Below are positions 45,653 to 54,995 of a stretch of 63,732 nucleotides of DNA, piece by piece; the stretch's first letter is position 1; each line of letters begins with the position of its first letter. A program made the translations under genes and the position numbers. The notes under the pieces were generated by a model, which ran no database searches, was not told the origin of the DNA, and saw only the letters and a list, made by a program, of their open reading frames with translations. This stretch comes from a virus. Taxonomy: Duplodnaviria > Caudoviricetes. The DNA lies in the IMG/VR virus record IMGVR_UViG_3300031454_000243, positions 1-63,732 of that record, one strand, 5' to 3'.

Positions 45653-47025
45653 CCGTATTCCCCCAAGTGGTCATCCGCGTAGGCGTCGGTGTCTGCATAT
45701 GACCCCATCAGGACCTGCTCAATCTCCTGGGGCGTGGCGCCGGGGCCGGTGTTGGCGTCGATCACGGCCACGAGGGCATGAACCAGCGCATCAACCTCGT
45801 CGTCGTTGTCCCCGCTCACCGGGAATCCGCAGAGTTGATCCTCGGCACTGGCGAACGTGCCAACGTGGTGGACGCGACCCTGTTCGTACAGACTGGCCAC
45901 CGGTTCGGCGCGGACCCGCTTGCCCCGTGACGCATGGATCAGCCGGACGCGGGGCCGGAGCCGACCGACGCCGGCGGCACTGTTGATCGTCTCGCGGACC
46001 ATCTCGCCGCCCTGATTGCTCTCGGCGACGATCTCGTTGGCCTCGAACCGGTCGTGATCGCGGATCGCCTCGGACGCCCAGGCGTGCGGCGCCACCCGCA
46101 GGCCCCGGATATCCAGCACGTAGTAGTCACCGTCGGTGCCGCGGCCCACGGTCGCGAGTCCGGTGGCGTCGCTGTTCTCCCCGTAGGTGGTGGCGGGATC
46201 GACGGCGGTCGCGATCTTGACCAGCGCTGGCACCTGATCGGGCGTGACGCGATGGTCGTCGATCATCCGGCGGACCCAGAGGGCGCCTTCGACGTCCTCG
46301 ACGAGCTCGCCCATGAGCTCCTGCCGACCGAGCGTCGTGCCCTCGTAGCGTCGGATCACCTGATCCATGAACGCAGGGGCGAGATTCGTCCGGTTGTCGT
46401 AGGTCGAGCCACGGGTCACGACGACGCGACCGCTCGGCACCTGTGCCAGAAGATCGCGAACCAGCCGAATCGGGCGCGGCGTCGTGGTGGCGATGCCGCG
46501 AGCGTTGCCGAGTCGCAGGCCGAGTTGCATCTGATCCCACGCGTCCGGGTAGCGCCATGCCGCAATCTCATCTGCCCAGAACGTGTCGTGTTGCACGCCG
46601 CGGAACTGGTTGGGCTCATCGGCACTGACGAGCAAGGCGGTCGCTCCGTTGGCAAACGTCACCTTGCGATTGCTGGGGTTGTAACGCATTCCGAACCCGG
46701 CCCGGTCACAGACGGCCTGCAAGCCGGACTCGCCCTCGATCATGATGTCGCGGATCGCAGCGGCGGTCGGACCCGCCAGCGTCACCCGTCTGGCACGCCC
46801 GGCCTGCACTTCTTGCCGGATGAACTCGGCACCAGCTCGCGTCTTGCCAAACCCACGGCCCGCCATGACGAGCCACGTCCGCCAGTCCCCCGGCGGGACC
46901 AGTTGTTCCGGTCGGGCGCTGCCGTTGGGGCCGCTCCACGGGTCATTGGCGCGACGATCCCGGAGCCGGGCGGCCGCGACGGCAAGCAGGTCCGGCGTGA
47001 TTCGGGATGCGGTGGCGGTAGCCAT
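45649..47025 (-). CDS. terL: Terminase large subunit
   Basis: Walker A AGRGFGKT, W.DE, TTTP, GSTYDN, AVDP, ESNQGG, D.VDAL. Confidence 0.96.
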   Translation of the reverse strand: MATATASRITPDLLAVAAARLRDRRANDPWSGPNGSARPEQLVPPGDWRTWLVMAGRGFGKTRAGAEFIRQEVQAGRARRVTLAGPTAAAIRDIMIEGESGLQAVCDRAGFGMRYNPSNRKVTFANGATALLVSADEPNQFRGVQHDTFWADEIAAWRYPDAWDQMQLGLRLGNARGIATTTPRPIRLVRDLLAQVPSGRVVVTRGSTYDNRTNLAPAFMDQVIRRYEGTTLGRQELMGELVEDVEGALWVRRMIDDHRVTPDQVPALVKIATAVDPATTYGENSDATGLATVGRGTDGDYYVLDIRGLRVAPHAWASEAIRDHDRFEANEIVAESNQGGEMVRETINSAAGVGRLRPRVRLIHASRGKRVRAEPVASLYEQGRVHHVGTFASAEDQLCGFPVSGDNDDEVDALVHALVAVIDANTGPGATPQEIEQVLMGSYADTDAYADDHLGEYG

Positions 47026-47402
47026 CAGCGCACCGCCGACTTCATAAAGAGTTTGACGACCGATTCAAGCGTCTCTTCTGCGGACCCGGTAGAACCAGCC
47101 CATCCAGTGCACTGGATAAGCCCAGCCCATCCCTGCATGCGCCTCAGGTCCTTCTCCAGTTGGTACGCGTCTCGTGATGTGGGCAGGCGCTCAATGGCAC
47201 CCCGAATGTCGGCGAAGAAGTTGAACAGGAACTCCCCATCACCCGTGAGCCCGAGCGCCTTTGCTCGGGACAAGTCATCGGTGAAGCGACAGTGGAACTG
47301 GGACCGATCCTCCTCCCACGCGATCACACCGACATTGACAAACTCGCCAGCCAGCGTGTCAGGGACGCAGCGTACGACCATATACCAACTGCCACTGCTC
47401 AT
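47025..47402 (-). CDS. DUF3037-like protein
   Basis: Y.VVR.VPD...GEF.NVGVI N-terminus; E.L..LF C-terminus. Confidence 0.7.
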   Translation of the reverse strand: MSSGSWYMVVRCVPDTLAGEFVNVGVIAWEEDRSQFHCRFTDDLSRAKALGLTGDGEFLFNFFADIRGAIERLPTSRDAYQLEKDLRRMQGWAGLIQCTGWAGSTGSAEETLESVVKLFMKSAVR

Positions 47403-47884
47403 GCCGTCACGTCCCGCGCTTCGGCAAGGATGCGTTCGGCTTCGGCGACCAGTTCGTCCTTGTTGAGTCCTTCGCGCAGCGCCATTTGGGCGGCGACAAT
47501 CTCGATGGTGATGCGCTGGTGATCTTCGGTCGGGGCCTTCTTGTCGAGCCCGAGGTAGAGCGCGCGGCGGTCCATCGTCTTGAGCACCACTTCGGCGTGG
47601 CGCGGGCTACCCTTCAGAACGAACGGCATGAGCGACCGGATGATGGTGTCGAGGCGTTCGAGCTCCAGCCGCAGGACTTCCTCGCCCGGCTCCTGAATCA
47701 ACTTGCGGAGCGCCGCCATGACGGCCTTACGGGCACCACTGGCATCGTGGAACCCAACTTTCTCCGCAATCTGGGGATAGGCATAGCCGAGCTTCCGCCA
47801 CTCAAGTGCCTGTGCCTGGCGCTCAAGGGTCGAAACCGCTCGACTTGTCCTGTCCTTATGTCCGGTCGGAGTCGGGTCGGCCAC
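47399..47884 (-). CDS. terS: Terminase small subunit
   Basis: ALE.R..G..Y.QIA..G HTH, LELERLD, DRRA..LGLD; GTG start. Confidence 0.8.
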   Translation of the reverse strand: MADPTPTGHKDRTSRAVSTLERQAQALEWRKLGYAYPQIAEKVGFHDASGARKAVMAALRKLIQEPGEEVLRLELERLDTIIRSLMPFVLKGSPRHAEVVLKTMDRRALYLGLDKKAPTEDHQRITIEIVAAQMALREGLNKDELVAEAERILAEARDVTA

Positions 47885-48157
47885 TGCGCACCTAAGTGCG
47901 GCGAACACGTCTCAATCCTCACGAGTGTAGTGCATCGTGGCAAGCCGTTGGGCGGTTTGTGGGACAACAGGGGAGGCATCACGTCCTCTCGCTCCCATCC
48001 GGGTGCCGACCGGCCCGGAATGCGTCTTCCTCGTCGCCGGCGCAACGAGAGCAGAGGAACCGGCCGAGGAGTTGGCCGGCGGGTTGATCGCAGATAATGA
48101 CAAACGCATTGAACGCGATCGCAGCGCCACAGGTAGAGCATGGTATTCGGTCGTCGC

Positions 48158-49549
48158 TCACGACCCCCCGCCGTCCGTCGCCGCCGGGGGGTCGATGGGG
48201 TCCCGGTCGGCGGGGAGTAGGTTCTGTGTGCACCGGGCGATGGGGTCGAGGTCGCCGGGGATCAGCCATTCGAGCGCTCGCCAACTGGCTGACCATAGGG
48301 ATTCATCGTCACCCAGCCTCACGTACACCTCAATATCCCGAAGCGCGATCTGCATCCGGTTGATCCGCGCCTCGGCCTCCGCCAGTAGTCGGCGGGCGTC
48401 GTCGCGCTGCTGCTCCAGGTCGGTGATGTCCGCCAGCAGGGCCACGCCGATCAACTCGGCTTCGACCCGCTCTTCATCGGTCACGGCGGGGACGCGCCCA
48501 TCGGACCAGGACGCGGCGATGACGGCGGCAACTTCGCGCACCATGCGTTCTGAAGCCATCAGTTCGGTCCCTCCGTCGACCGGCTGGCCCGGATGGCATC
48601 GCGCAGAACGATGGCGGCAGTCAACGCGATGAATCGCGTGAACTCCAACTCCCCCATCCCGAAGCCCGACCTGTATGCCCACGACCGGTAGACGCGATTC
48701 CCGTCATCATCGCTGATACAGTCCATCCCCCAGTCGTGGTCCATCCCCTCGATATCCGCCAGCACCGAGTCGAGCGATTCGGGCACGGCAACGTGAGGAC
48801 GACTGGCCCGGAACTGCGCGGCGGGCAGGGCCGGGGTGTCGGTGTCGTGTGCGGTCATGACGGGTCTCCTGTCGGGTCGGTCGCGGGGCGGTCGGTGGCC
48901 TCTAGAAAACAACGATCAAGTTGTTCTTGCCTGACCGCCTTCGACTCAGCACGGAACGCGGCCAAGACGACCCGGACGTACCGCTTGGCGCAGGCCTCGG
49001 TCAGCATCGGATCGTCCTGAAGCAGCGCCGCCACTCCGGCAGTGAGGATGCGGTGTGCGATGGGATTCACCCGGACAGGCTGTTCGCTGGTGAGCGATCG
49101 CAACGTGCGTCGTCCGTCCTCCTGATGGACATCAAATGGCATCACCGCATCTCCCCCTCGTCGGTCGTCGGGCGGTCGGTGGCGGCGCGTGGCTCCCACG
49201 AGGTCTCCATCCAGCCGACGTTCTGCTTTAGCTGGTCAACGCTCTGGCAGTGACACGTTCCTCCCGGCCAGTTGAGGACGAAGTTGCCGTCAAACTCCGA
49301 GACGATGGAGTACAGGTCGCCCGACCGTGGTCCTATGGCGATGAGGACCGCGCTGTCTGGCGATGCGACCCACGGGATCTCGCGCCGCTCCAGTCCCTCG
49401 ATTCGCTTGGTAAGGCGGTGTTGGAACGAAGACCGGTCCGCAAGTTCTTGTGCCAGGTCCATGACCATTGCCTCGAGATTGGCGATACGCTGGTTCTTGC
49501 TAAGCTGCGGTGTCGCTTCGGTCACGTCCTCGGGCGTCGTGTCGCTCAT
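48158..49549 (-). CDS. Four hypothetical genes (48158-48559, 48559-48858, 48855-49142, 49142-49549)
   Basis: Coupled ORFs at the end of the early/middle operon. Confidence 0.5.
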
Positions 49550-49983
49550 GCCATATTCTCCTGTCTCGGGGTGAACGTGAACGACACCTGCCCGTGTGGA
49601 TGGGTCGGCGCGGCCCGTGTCTGGATCAGGCGCCGGGTCCGCCACTGACGATCACTGGCGCCAAAAAGATCGGCGATCCCATCGCGGTACGACTTGCAAG
49701 ACCCGATGGCGCCGTCGTCGTCATGGGTCTTGCGACCAACGCCCCAGCCGATCAGGATGTCGACGTCGACCGACCCCGCCATCCAGGCCAGGTCCGCCCC
49801 AGGCAGATCGCAGATGGTCGCCATGGCAGCGGCGTACCCCGCCTGCCGGGCGTCGTTGACGATCCGTTGCCGGCCCCGCTTGGCGGCGACGGACGACGGC
49901 AGCGAGGCGTTGGGCGAGAGCCGTCGGTCGGGGTGGGTATTGATGACGACGACGAGTCGCCGGTCGGTGAGGGTGTCGCTCAT
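49546..49983 (-). CDS. RusA-like Holliday junction resolvase
   Basis: LSPNA, D.D.....K..RDGIAD....D..W. Confidence 0.65.
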   Translation of the reverse strand: MSDTLTDRRLVVVINTHPDRRLSPNASLPSSVAAKRGRQRIVNDARQAGYAAAMATICDLPGADLAWMAGSVDVDILIGWGVGRKTHDDDGAIGSCKSYRDGIADLFGASDRQWRTRRLIQTRAAPTHPHGQVSFTFTPRQENMA

Positions 49984-50694
49984 CGCGTCACCCCCGGCCG
50001 CAGCTTGGCGAGGACGGCCCCCATCGTCGCCACGAGGGCGGCGCGCTGGCACCCCAGCAGGTCGGCGATCAGGACGGGCGGCACCCCGGCGGCGACCAGG
50101 TGCAGCAGGCTCCGCTCGGCGGTGGTCAGGGTCGGTCTGGTCAGAACGATCATTCCGGCACCAGCCCTTCCGCGATCGCGGCTTCGAGGGCGCGTCGTGC
50201 ACGGCGAAGGCAGATGGATCGCGGCGAGTAGAACCCCCACTCGGACTCGGGATCGGCCATGTCGCTCCACGCCTCCCGAAGCATCTCCTCGGGCGGGGGG
50301 AAGCGGTCGTTCTCTCCGTTGGTTCGTTCGTCGCGGAACAGCGAGAAGGCCGCCGCCTCGATCATCGCGTCGGTGAGGGTGACAGTCATCCCGCCCGCCT
50401 CCGGTCGGCGTCGGCCAGCGCGGCCGCGATCAGCCGCTCCCGGTCGGCGGGGAAGACGCGGACGATCCGCGCCAGCAGGCCCAGCCCGATCGGCTGCCGG
50501 CCCCGGACGATCCGGTTGATATAGCGGTGGTCGACGTCGACCTGCCCGGAGAGCCACGCCTGCGACCGGCCGGCGTCGACGAGGATCGTCCCGAGGAGGG
50601 CGCCGAAGCTCGTGGGGTCAACCGGAGCGGGTGCGCGGGTAGTGGGCGACCCGGACCAGCCGGGATGGACGGGGGCGGTGGGGATGGTGGTCAT
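49980..50694 (-). CDS. Three small genes (49980-50153 HTH-like, 50150-50389, 50386-50694 Xre-like HTH)
   Basis: FG.LL.....AG.SQ.WL...V.V....INRI..G in 50386-50694. Confidence 0.55.
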
Positions 50695-51404
50695 TCGGCA
50701 CCTGCCTGAGCGAAGAGGGCTGGCTGATAGGTTTCCAGGCGGCGAACGGCCACCTCGACGTGCCGCTCGTCCAACTCAATGCCGATCGACGGGACACCGA
50801 GGCTTCGGGCGGCAACCAGCGTCGAGGCGCTCCCCGCGAAGGGATCGAGGATGAGTCGAGGGGTGTGACGGCAAATGAGATACCTCAGCAGCGTGATCGG
50901 CTTCTGCGTCGGGTGCATGTAGGCGGACGAATCACCACGCGACACCGGGATCACGTCGCGGTCCCGCCTGCCGATGAGCCGAACCCTCGCCCGTCGCGCA
51001 AAGAGAATGGCCTCCCACTGCTGACCATAGGTGGCTTCCAGGTCGCCCGCCGTGCCGTTGCCTTTGTCCCAGACCAGGACGTTGGTCAGCTCACCCAGGG
51101 TTCGGACGATCGGCATCACCACGTCCAGCATCTTGGGAGCAGCAAACCAATAGATTGCCGCCGTGTCGTTCAGGAGCGGGGCGACCATTGCCGCCGTGTC
51201 GTTCAGGAGCGGGGCGACGACGTGATCGTTGACCAGTCGGGTACTCGACCGGACGACGTGCCGCCGATGTCCGGTCGAGTACCCGATACCGTAGGGCGGG
51301 TCGGTCAAGAGCAGGTCGATCGACCCCGGTGACAGCGTCGGCAGCACGTCCAGGCAGTCGCCGTAATGCAGGGTCGTTAGCGCGTCCTGATAGGCGATCG
51401 TCAT
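50691..51404 (-). CDS. DNA adenine methyltransferase (beta class, DPPY)
   Basis: GDCL, TDPPY, LVWDK, HPTQKP, LDPFAGS. Confidence 0.92.
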   Translation of the reverse strand: MTIAYQDALTTLHYGDCLDVLPTLSPGSIDLLLTDPPYGIGYSTGHRRHVVRSSTRLVNDHVVAPLLNDTAAMVAPLLNDTAAIYWFAAPKMLDVVMPIVRTLGELTNVLVWDKGNGTAGDLEATYGQQWEAILFARRARVRLIGRRDRDVIPVSRGDSSAYMHPTQKPITLLRYLICRHTPRLILDPFAGSASTLVAARSLGVPSIGIELDERHVEVAVRRLETYQPALFAQAGAE

Positions 51405-51494
51405 ATCGCCCGCCTTGCCGCGAGGGCCGCGCCGCCGATGGGTGGGGGCTGGACCGTGGCCAGGGCGCCGCTACCGGACGTTGGTCGCTCCCGC

Positions 51495-51845
51495 TCATGC
51501 AGCATCGGCGAATCCGATCAAATCATGTCCGGCAAAATACGTCTCTCGCGCGGCTACTGCCTCGGTGATGGTCCGGCACCGCTCGACGTGACCCCGGTAG
51601 TGAAACACCCATCGTCCGCGATCATGGACGACGAAGCGCTCGCCGGAGATGCCCACCGGCGAGCGCCATCCCGGCTGGTACGGGTAGCCCGTGCCGAACA
51701 GATCGCGCCGGGTCTCCATGAGGCGAATACCGATCGCGTGGTCCGCCATCATGGCGTAGTCGGGGCCGGTCACGACGGGAGACACGACACGGGGGAAACG
51801 GCGGGACTTGTCCGCGACGATCTGGAGCGGGATGCGGTCGGTCAT
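51495..51845 (-). CDS. Hypothetical protein
   Basis: GGAGG RBS, ATGA-coupled. Confidence 0.55.
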   Translation of the reverse strand: MTDRIPLQIVADKSRRFPRVVSPVVTGPDYAMMADHAIGIRLMETRRDLFGTGYPYQPGWRSPVGISGERFVVHDRGRWVFHYRGHVERCRTITEAVAARETYFAGHDLIGFADAA

Positions 51846-52288
51846 GCGGCCTCCTGGGCGGGATCGGCGGTGTCGGTGTTAGGTTCGGCAAGGGCACGAC
51901 GATGCAGACCGTTGCGGATGTAGATCAGCAGTTGCTCCATGTCCTGCACGGTGGCGGTCCCGGTGACGATGCGTTCCGCCGTCCGTCGCTTGCTGTAGGG
52001 CACGTATCCCCATGGCTGGCTATTCCCGGACTCCCAGTACGGGTCATTGGCTGGTGGCTGCCCGATCAACCCGCCACTGGTCGGAGTCGTGACCCCGCGA
52101 GAGATCCCGTCATCGACGGACAGGTGCCCCAACTGGGCGAGGCGACGCAGGTTGTAGGACACCACCGAGGTGCTGGAGATGTCGCAGGCGGCGGCAATTT
52201 CCCGCACGGTCGGCCCGTAGCCATGAAGGTCGATGAATCGGGCAACAAAGTGGCGTATCCGATCCTGGCGGTCGGTCAGGGGCATCAC
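51842..52288 (-). CDS. LexA N-terminal DNA-binding domain protein lacking the S24 peptidase domain
   Basis: LT.RQ..I..F......HGY.PTVREI.....ISSTSVV.YNL..L...G.L......SRG; no VAAG cleavage site or Ser/Lys dyad domain. Confidence 0.85.
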   Translation of the reverse strand: MMPLTDRQDRIRHFVARFIDLHGYGPTVREIAAACDISSTSVVSYNLRRLAQLGHLSVDDGISRGVTTPTSGGLIGQPPANDPYWESGNSQPWGYVPYSKRRTAERIVTGTATVQDMEQLLIYIRNGLHRRALAEPNTDTADPAQEAA

Positions 52289-52569
52289 GCGGCCTCCACA
52301 CGGACAGGATCGGCCCGGATGGGCACCTGTTCCGGATCGGGCGTGCCCCGCAGGCGCCGGGTGCGGGCGTCGAAATCGGCCAACTCGGCATCGGTCGCCT
52401 TCCTGACCCGGACCGTTGGACGGGCATCGCAGCGCAGCGGGTCAGTGCCCGTCTGGCGGGCCCGGATGATCTGGATACGTGCCTCGATCTTCGGGTCGCA
52501 GCGGCCCGTGGTGGTGCGGGCGTAGCGCTGGTTCGGGGTCTCGCGAATCGTGATCGGTTGTTGGGTCAT
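52285..52569 (-). CDS. Hypothetical protein
   Basis: AGGAG RBS, start MTQQPI. Confidence 0.5.
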   Translation of the reverse strand: MTQQPITIRETPNQRYARTTTGRCDPKIEARIQIIRARQTGTDPLRCDARPTVRVRKATDAELADFDARTRRLRGTPDPEQVPIRADPVRVEAA

Positions 52570-52910
52570 CGCTGATCTCCTGTCATCAGTCGCGACGCCT
52601 CGTTGCCGGTCAGCGCCGGCGTTCGCATCAGACCGGTGACGATGGTTCCGCGAACGGGGACACCGCTGGGTCGCTGTGGCGGGTGAACCAGTGCCAGCAG
52701 CGATCGCGTCCGGGCCACCAGTTGCGGCGCCTTCGGGAAGTACTCGTTGTCCTCTTCGGCCCACGACGCGATTGCCTGCCGGACCGACTCGATCGGCAGC
52801 GGCCGCAACAAGGCGACGTAGCGGTCGATGTTGCCCCTGGTGAACGTCAGGCCGGGGTAGCACTCCACCAGGGCCCGGAGGGCGGTAATCAGGTCGTCGT
52901 CGTCGCTCAA
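52566..52910 (-). CDS. Putative helicase loader/inhibitor (G39P-like)
   Basis: L...YP.......Y...L..LP...V..A.......YFP...L; follows the initiator; TTG start after GAGGAG. Confidence 0.6.
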   Translation of the reverse strand: MSDDDDLITALRALVECYPGLTFTRGNIDRYVALLRPLPIESVRQAIASWAEEDNEYFPKAPQLVARTRSLLALVHPPQRPSGVPVRGTIVTGLMRTPALTGNEASRLMTGDQR

Positions 52911-52920
52911 TCCGGTCTCC

Positions 52921-53910
52921 TCAGGCGATGTCGAACACGTTGTCGTCGTCCCGTCCCCGTTTGCGCCGGGTCTCGTCCAGTGCCTCGTCGAACACCGATT
53001 CGGTCGCCGTCGGCCGGCCGCGGCTTCGGACCACGGCGACGGGCGGCTTGCCCTGCATCTGCCACTTGCCGAGCTGCTTTTCGAGCAGGAACAGGTCGAC
53101 ACCGGACGTCACCCACTCCTGCCCCAGCAGCCAGCGGGTCATGTCCCGGACCTCCCGGACCGTCATGCCGGAGTCGACCAGCCGCTTGGCGACGCCGAGC
53201 TGCTTGTCTTTCTGCGGCCTCGCCAGGGTTGAGATGTCGGCGCCGATCTCGTCGCAGATGGCGTCGAGCAGGTCGAACGGCTGAGCTGGCGGCACATCGT
53301 CCGACGGTGGTTCTGGGGGGTTCGGCGGCATCTGGGGGGCATTTCGTTCCGGAACCGCTGCGATGACGGGTCTGGCACCAGGTGTGACCACCGGCCTCGG
53401 CGGCGTTTGCGCGCCGGGCGCGGTCGTAACTCCGGTAGGAGGTTCGGTACGGTTTGGTTGGGTAGGGTTAGGTACGGTTACGTGCGCCGTCCGCTGGATG
53501 TCCGCCGGATATCCGCTGGATGATTCCGGTTTTGATGATTCCTCCGGGGTGTTGTCCGGCGGACGGCGGTCGCCGCGCTTGCGGGCGGCGTCTTTTTCGC
53601 GGCGCTCAATCAACTTGCCGGCGTAGTCGTGCCAGTCGTGGATGACGAGTTCACCGTCTCGATCGGCCAGGAAACCGCAGGAGGTGAGCGCCTGAACGAA
53701 GGTCTCGGCATCCTCGTCCCACTCCGCCCCGAGCGCGATGTCCAGCGCGTCGAATCGAGCGAGCGATCCGTCCTGTGCGTAGTCCATTGCCCACCACCAG
53801 AGGAACTGAAGATGTCCGACAACGGCTGGTCGACTGATCCCAAGGACACGCGCCAGCTTCCGGGTCTTCGGATGGGCGCCGAGTTCCTGATGACTTTCGA
53901 TCCAGGCCAT
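52921..53910 (-). CDS. Replication initiator protein
   Basis: [16 protein letters not shown]...GHL..LWWWA.DYA..IHDW.DY N-domain, repeat-rich linker, helical C-domain. Confidence 0.8.
   Translation of the reverse strand: MAWIESHQELGAHPKTRKLARVLGISRPAVVGHLQFLWWWAMDYAQDGSLARFDALDIALGAEWDEDAETFVQALTSCGFLADRDGELVIHDWHDYAGKLIERREKDAARKRGDRRPPDNTPEESSKPESSSGYPADIQRTAHVTVPNPTQPNRTEPPTGVTTAPGAQTPPRPVVTPGARPVIAAVPERNAPQMPPNPPEPPSDDVPPAQPFDLLDAICDEIGADISTLARPQKDKQLGVAKRLVDSGMTVREVRDMTRWLLGQEWVTSGVDLFLLEKQLGKWQMQGKPPVAVVRSRGRPTATESVFDEALDETRRKRGRDDDNVFDIA
53441..53521. repeat. Iteron-like repeats inside the initiator gene (putative origin)
   Basis: 8 x GGTWN pentamers at 53441-53480; 3 x RTCCGCYGGAT 11-mers at 53489-53521. 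Confidence 0.55.
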
Positions 53911-54410
53911 TAGAGCCACTCCTCGACGAGCTTGGCGCCCTTTGACCGGTTGCACTGCCTACACGCGGCAACAAGGTTGTCCAAATGATTGGGTCCACCT
54001 CGACTAACAGGAACCACGTGGTCGCACTCCAGCCGATTCCCGCGATCCCCGCAGTACTGGCAGGTGTAGTCATCACGAGCGAACACCATTCGACGCAAGG
54101 AAGCCCACACGCTGGCAACAGGACGCAGCTCCCCTCGCAGCGACCAGAGTCTGTTTGACGAAATCAGGACATCATCGCCGTCCAGCGTCCAGAGTCCAAC
54201 GGAGAGCAATGCTTGGATGAGGCTGTCGGGATCGGCGTAGTCGGCGTAGTCACGGGCCAATCGTCGGGCGATCTGCTTGGAGATCCGACCATCCGTCAAA
54301 TACCGGCTCGCGTAGCAGAGGGCGTCGACGTAGAGCGCCTTAGCCAGCGGGCCAGCGTTGACGACCTTCGGATGCTCAGGGTAGAGATCATCCAACTGAA
54401 CCCACGTCAT
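53910..54410 (-). CDS. Replication-initiator-type N-domain fused to HNH
   Basis: W..LDD...HPK...G..A..LY...L.Y....TDG; RD.Y.CQYCG...DHVVP.SRGG....NL..AC..CN..KG. Confidence 0.8.
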   Translation of the reverse strand: MTWVQLDDLYPEHPKVVNAGPLAKALYVDALCYASRYLTDGRISKQIARRLARDYADYADPDSLIQALLSVGLWTLDGDDVLISSNRLWSLRGELRPVASVWASLRRMVFARDDYTCQYCGDRGNRLECDHVVPVSRGGPNHLDNLVAACRQCNRSKGAKLVEEWL

Positions 54411-54934
54411 CTCACCCACTCCTCGATCAGTTTTGATCCCTTGCGGGAGTTGCAGTTCTGGCAGGCGACGACGAGGTTTTCCGGCTCGTACCCCCCTCCT
54501 CTGATCAATGGCACGACGTGGTCAATGGACAACGGGCGGTCCGTAGCCCCGCAGTACCGACAGGCCCGTCCGTCTCGATCAAAGATGGCTTGACGAAGCA
54601 CCCGCCACTGCGAAACGGTGATCTCCTTGAATCGGTCCGACAGTGATTCGGGGCCGACCCAATAGCGAAAGTTCACGACCGCTATGGTTGGCTGAGTGGC
54701 GTCCACGTATCGCTCAATGAGCCGTGCGTCCCTCATCCGGTTCAACGAGGTATCGACATCCAGGTCGTCGTACGGGAAGAGCTGCGCCTTGATCCGCTTC
54801 GGACGATCCTCCAATCGGCCTTCGCGATCGGCGAGCATCCACAAGCCGATGAACAACAGGCGATCCACGACCGGCAGCTCGGCTACGTCCTCGTTCTGGA
54901 AAAACGTCGGTTTGATAATCCGAGCCCGCGCCAT
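54407..54934 (-). CDS. Replication-initiator-type N-domain fused to HNH
   Basis: MARAR.IKP.FF.NE...[14 protein letters not shown]; RDG..C.YCG...DHVVP...GG....NL..AC..CN..KG. Confidence 0.8.
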   Translation of the reverse strand: MARARIIKPTFFQNEDVAELPVVDRLLFIGLWMLADREGRLEDRPKRIKAQLFPYDDLDVDTSLNRMRDARLIERYVDATQPTIAVVNFRYWVGPESLSDRFKEITVSQWRVLRQAIFDRDGRACRYCGATDRPLSIDHVVPLIRGGGYEPENLVVACQNCNSRKGSKLIEEWVR

Positions 54935-54995
54935 GTGCTGATCTCCCACGTACGAACGGCGGCCGGGCACCATCATGCTCGGCCGCCGTTCTCAA

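Noticed and set aside
45934-47466. 510-aa plus-strand ORF and similar long ORFs (22700-24256, 41358-42755, 30127-31458, 14988-17228, 11129-12874, 36726-38450)
   Set aside because: Shadow or alternative frames over well-supported genes in GC-rich DNA; R/G/P-biased, no motifs or RBS
48870-49190. Repeated GCGGTCGGTGGC (TDRP) at two gene ends
   Set aside because: Short, GC-rich and low complexity; could be chance
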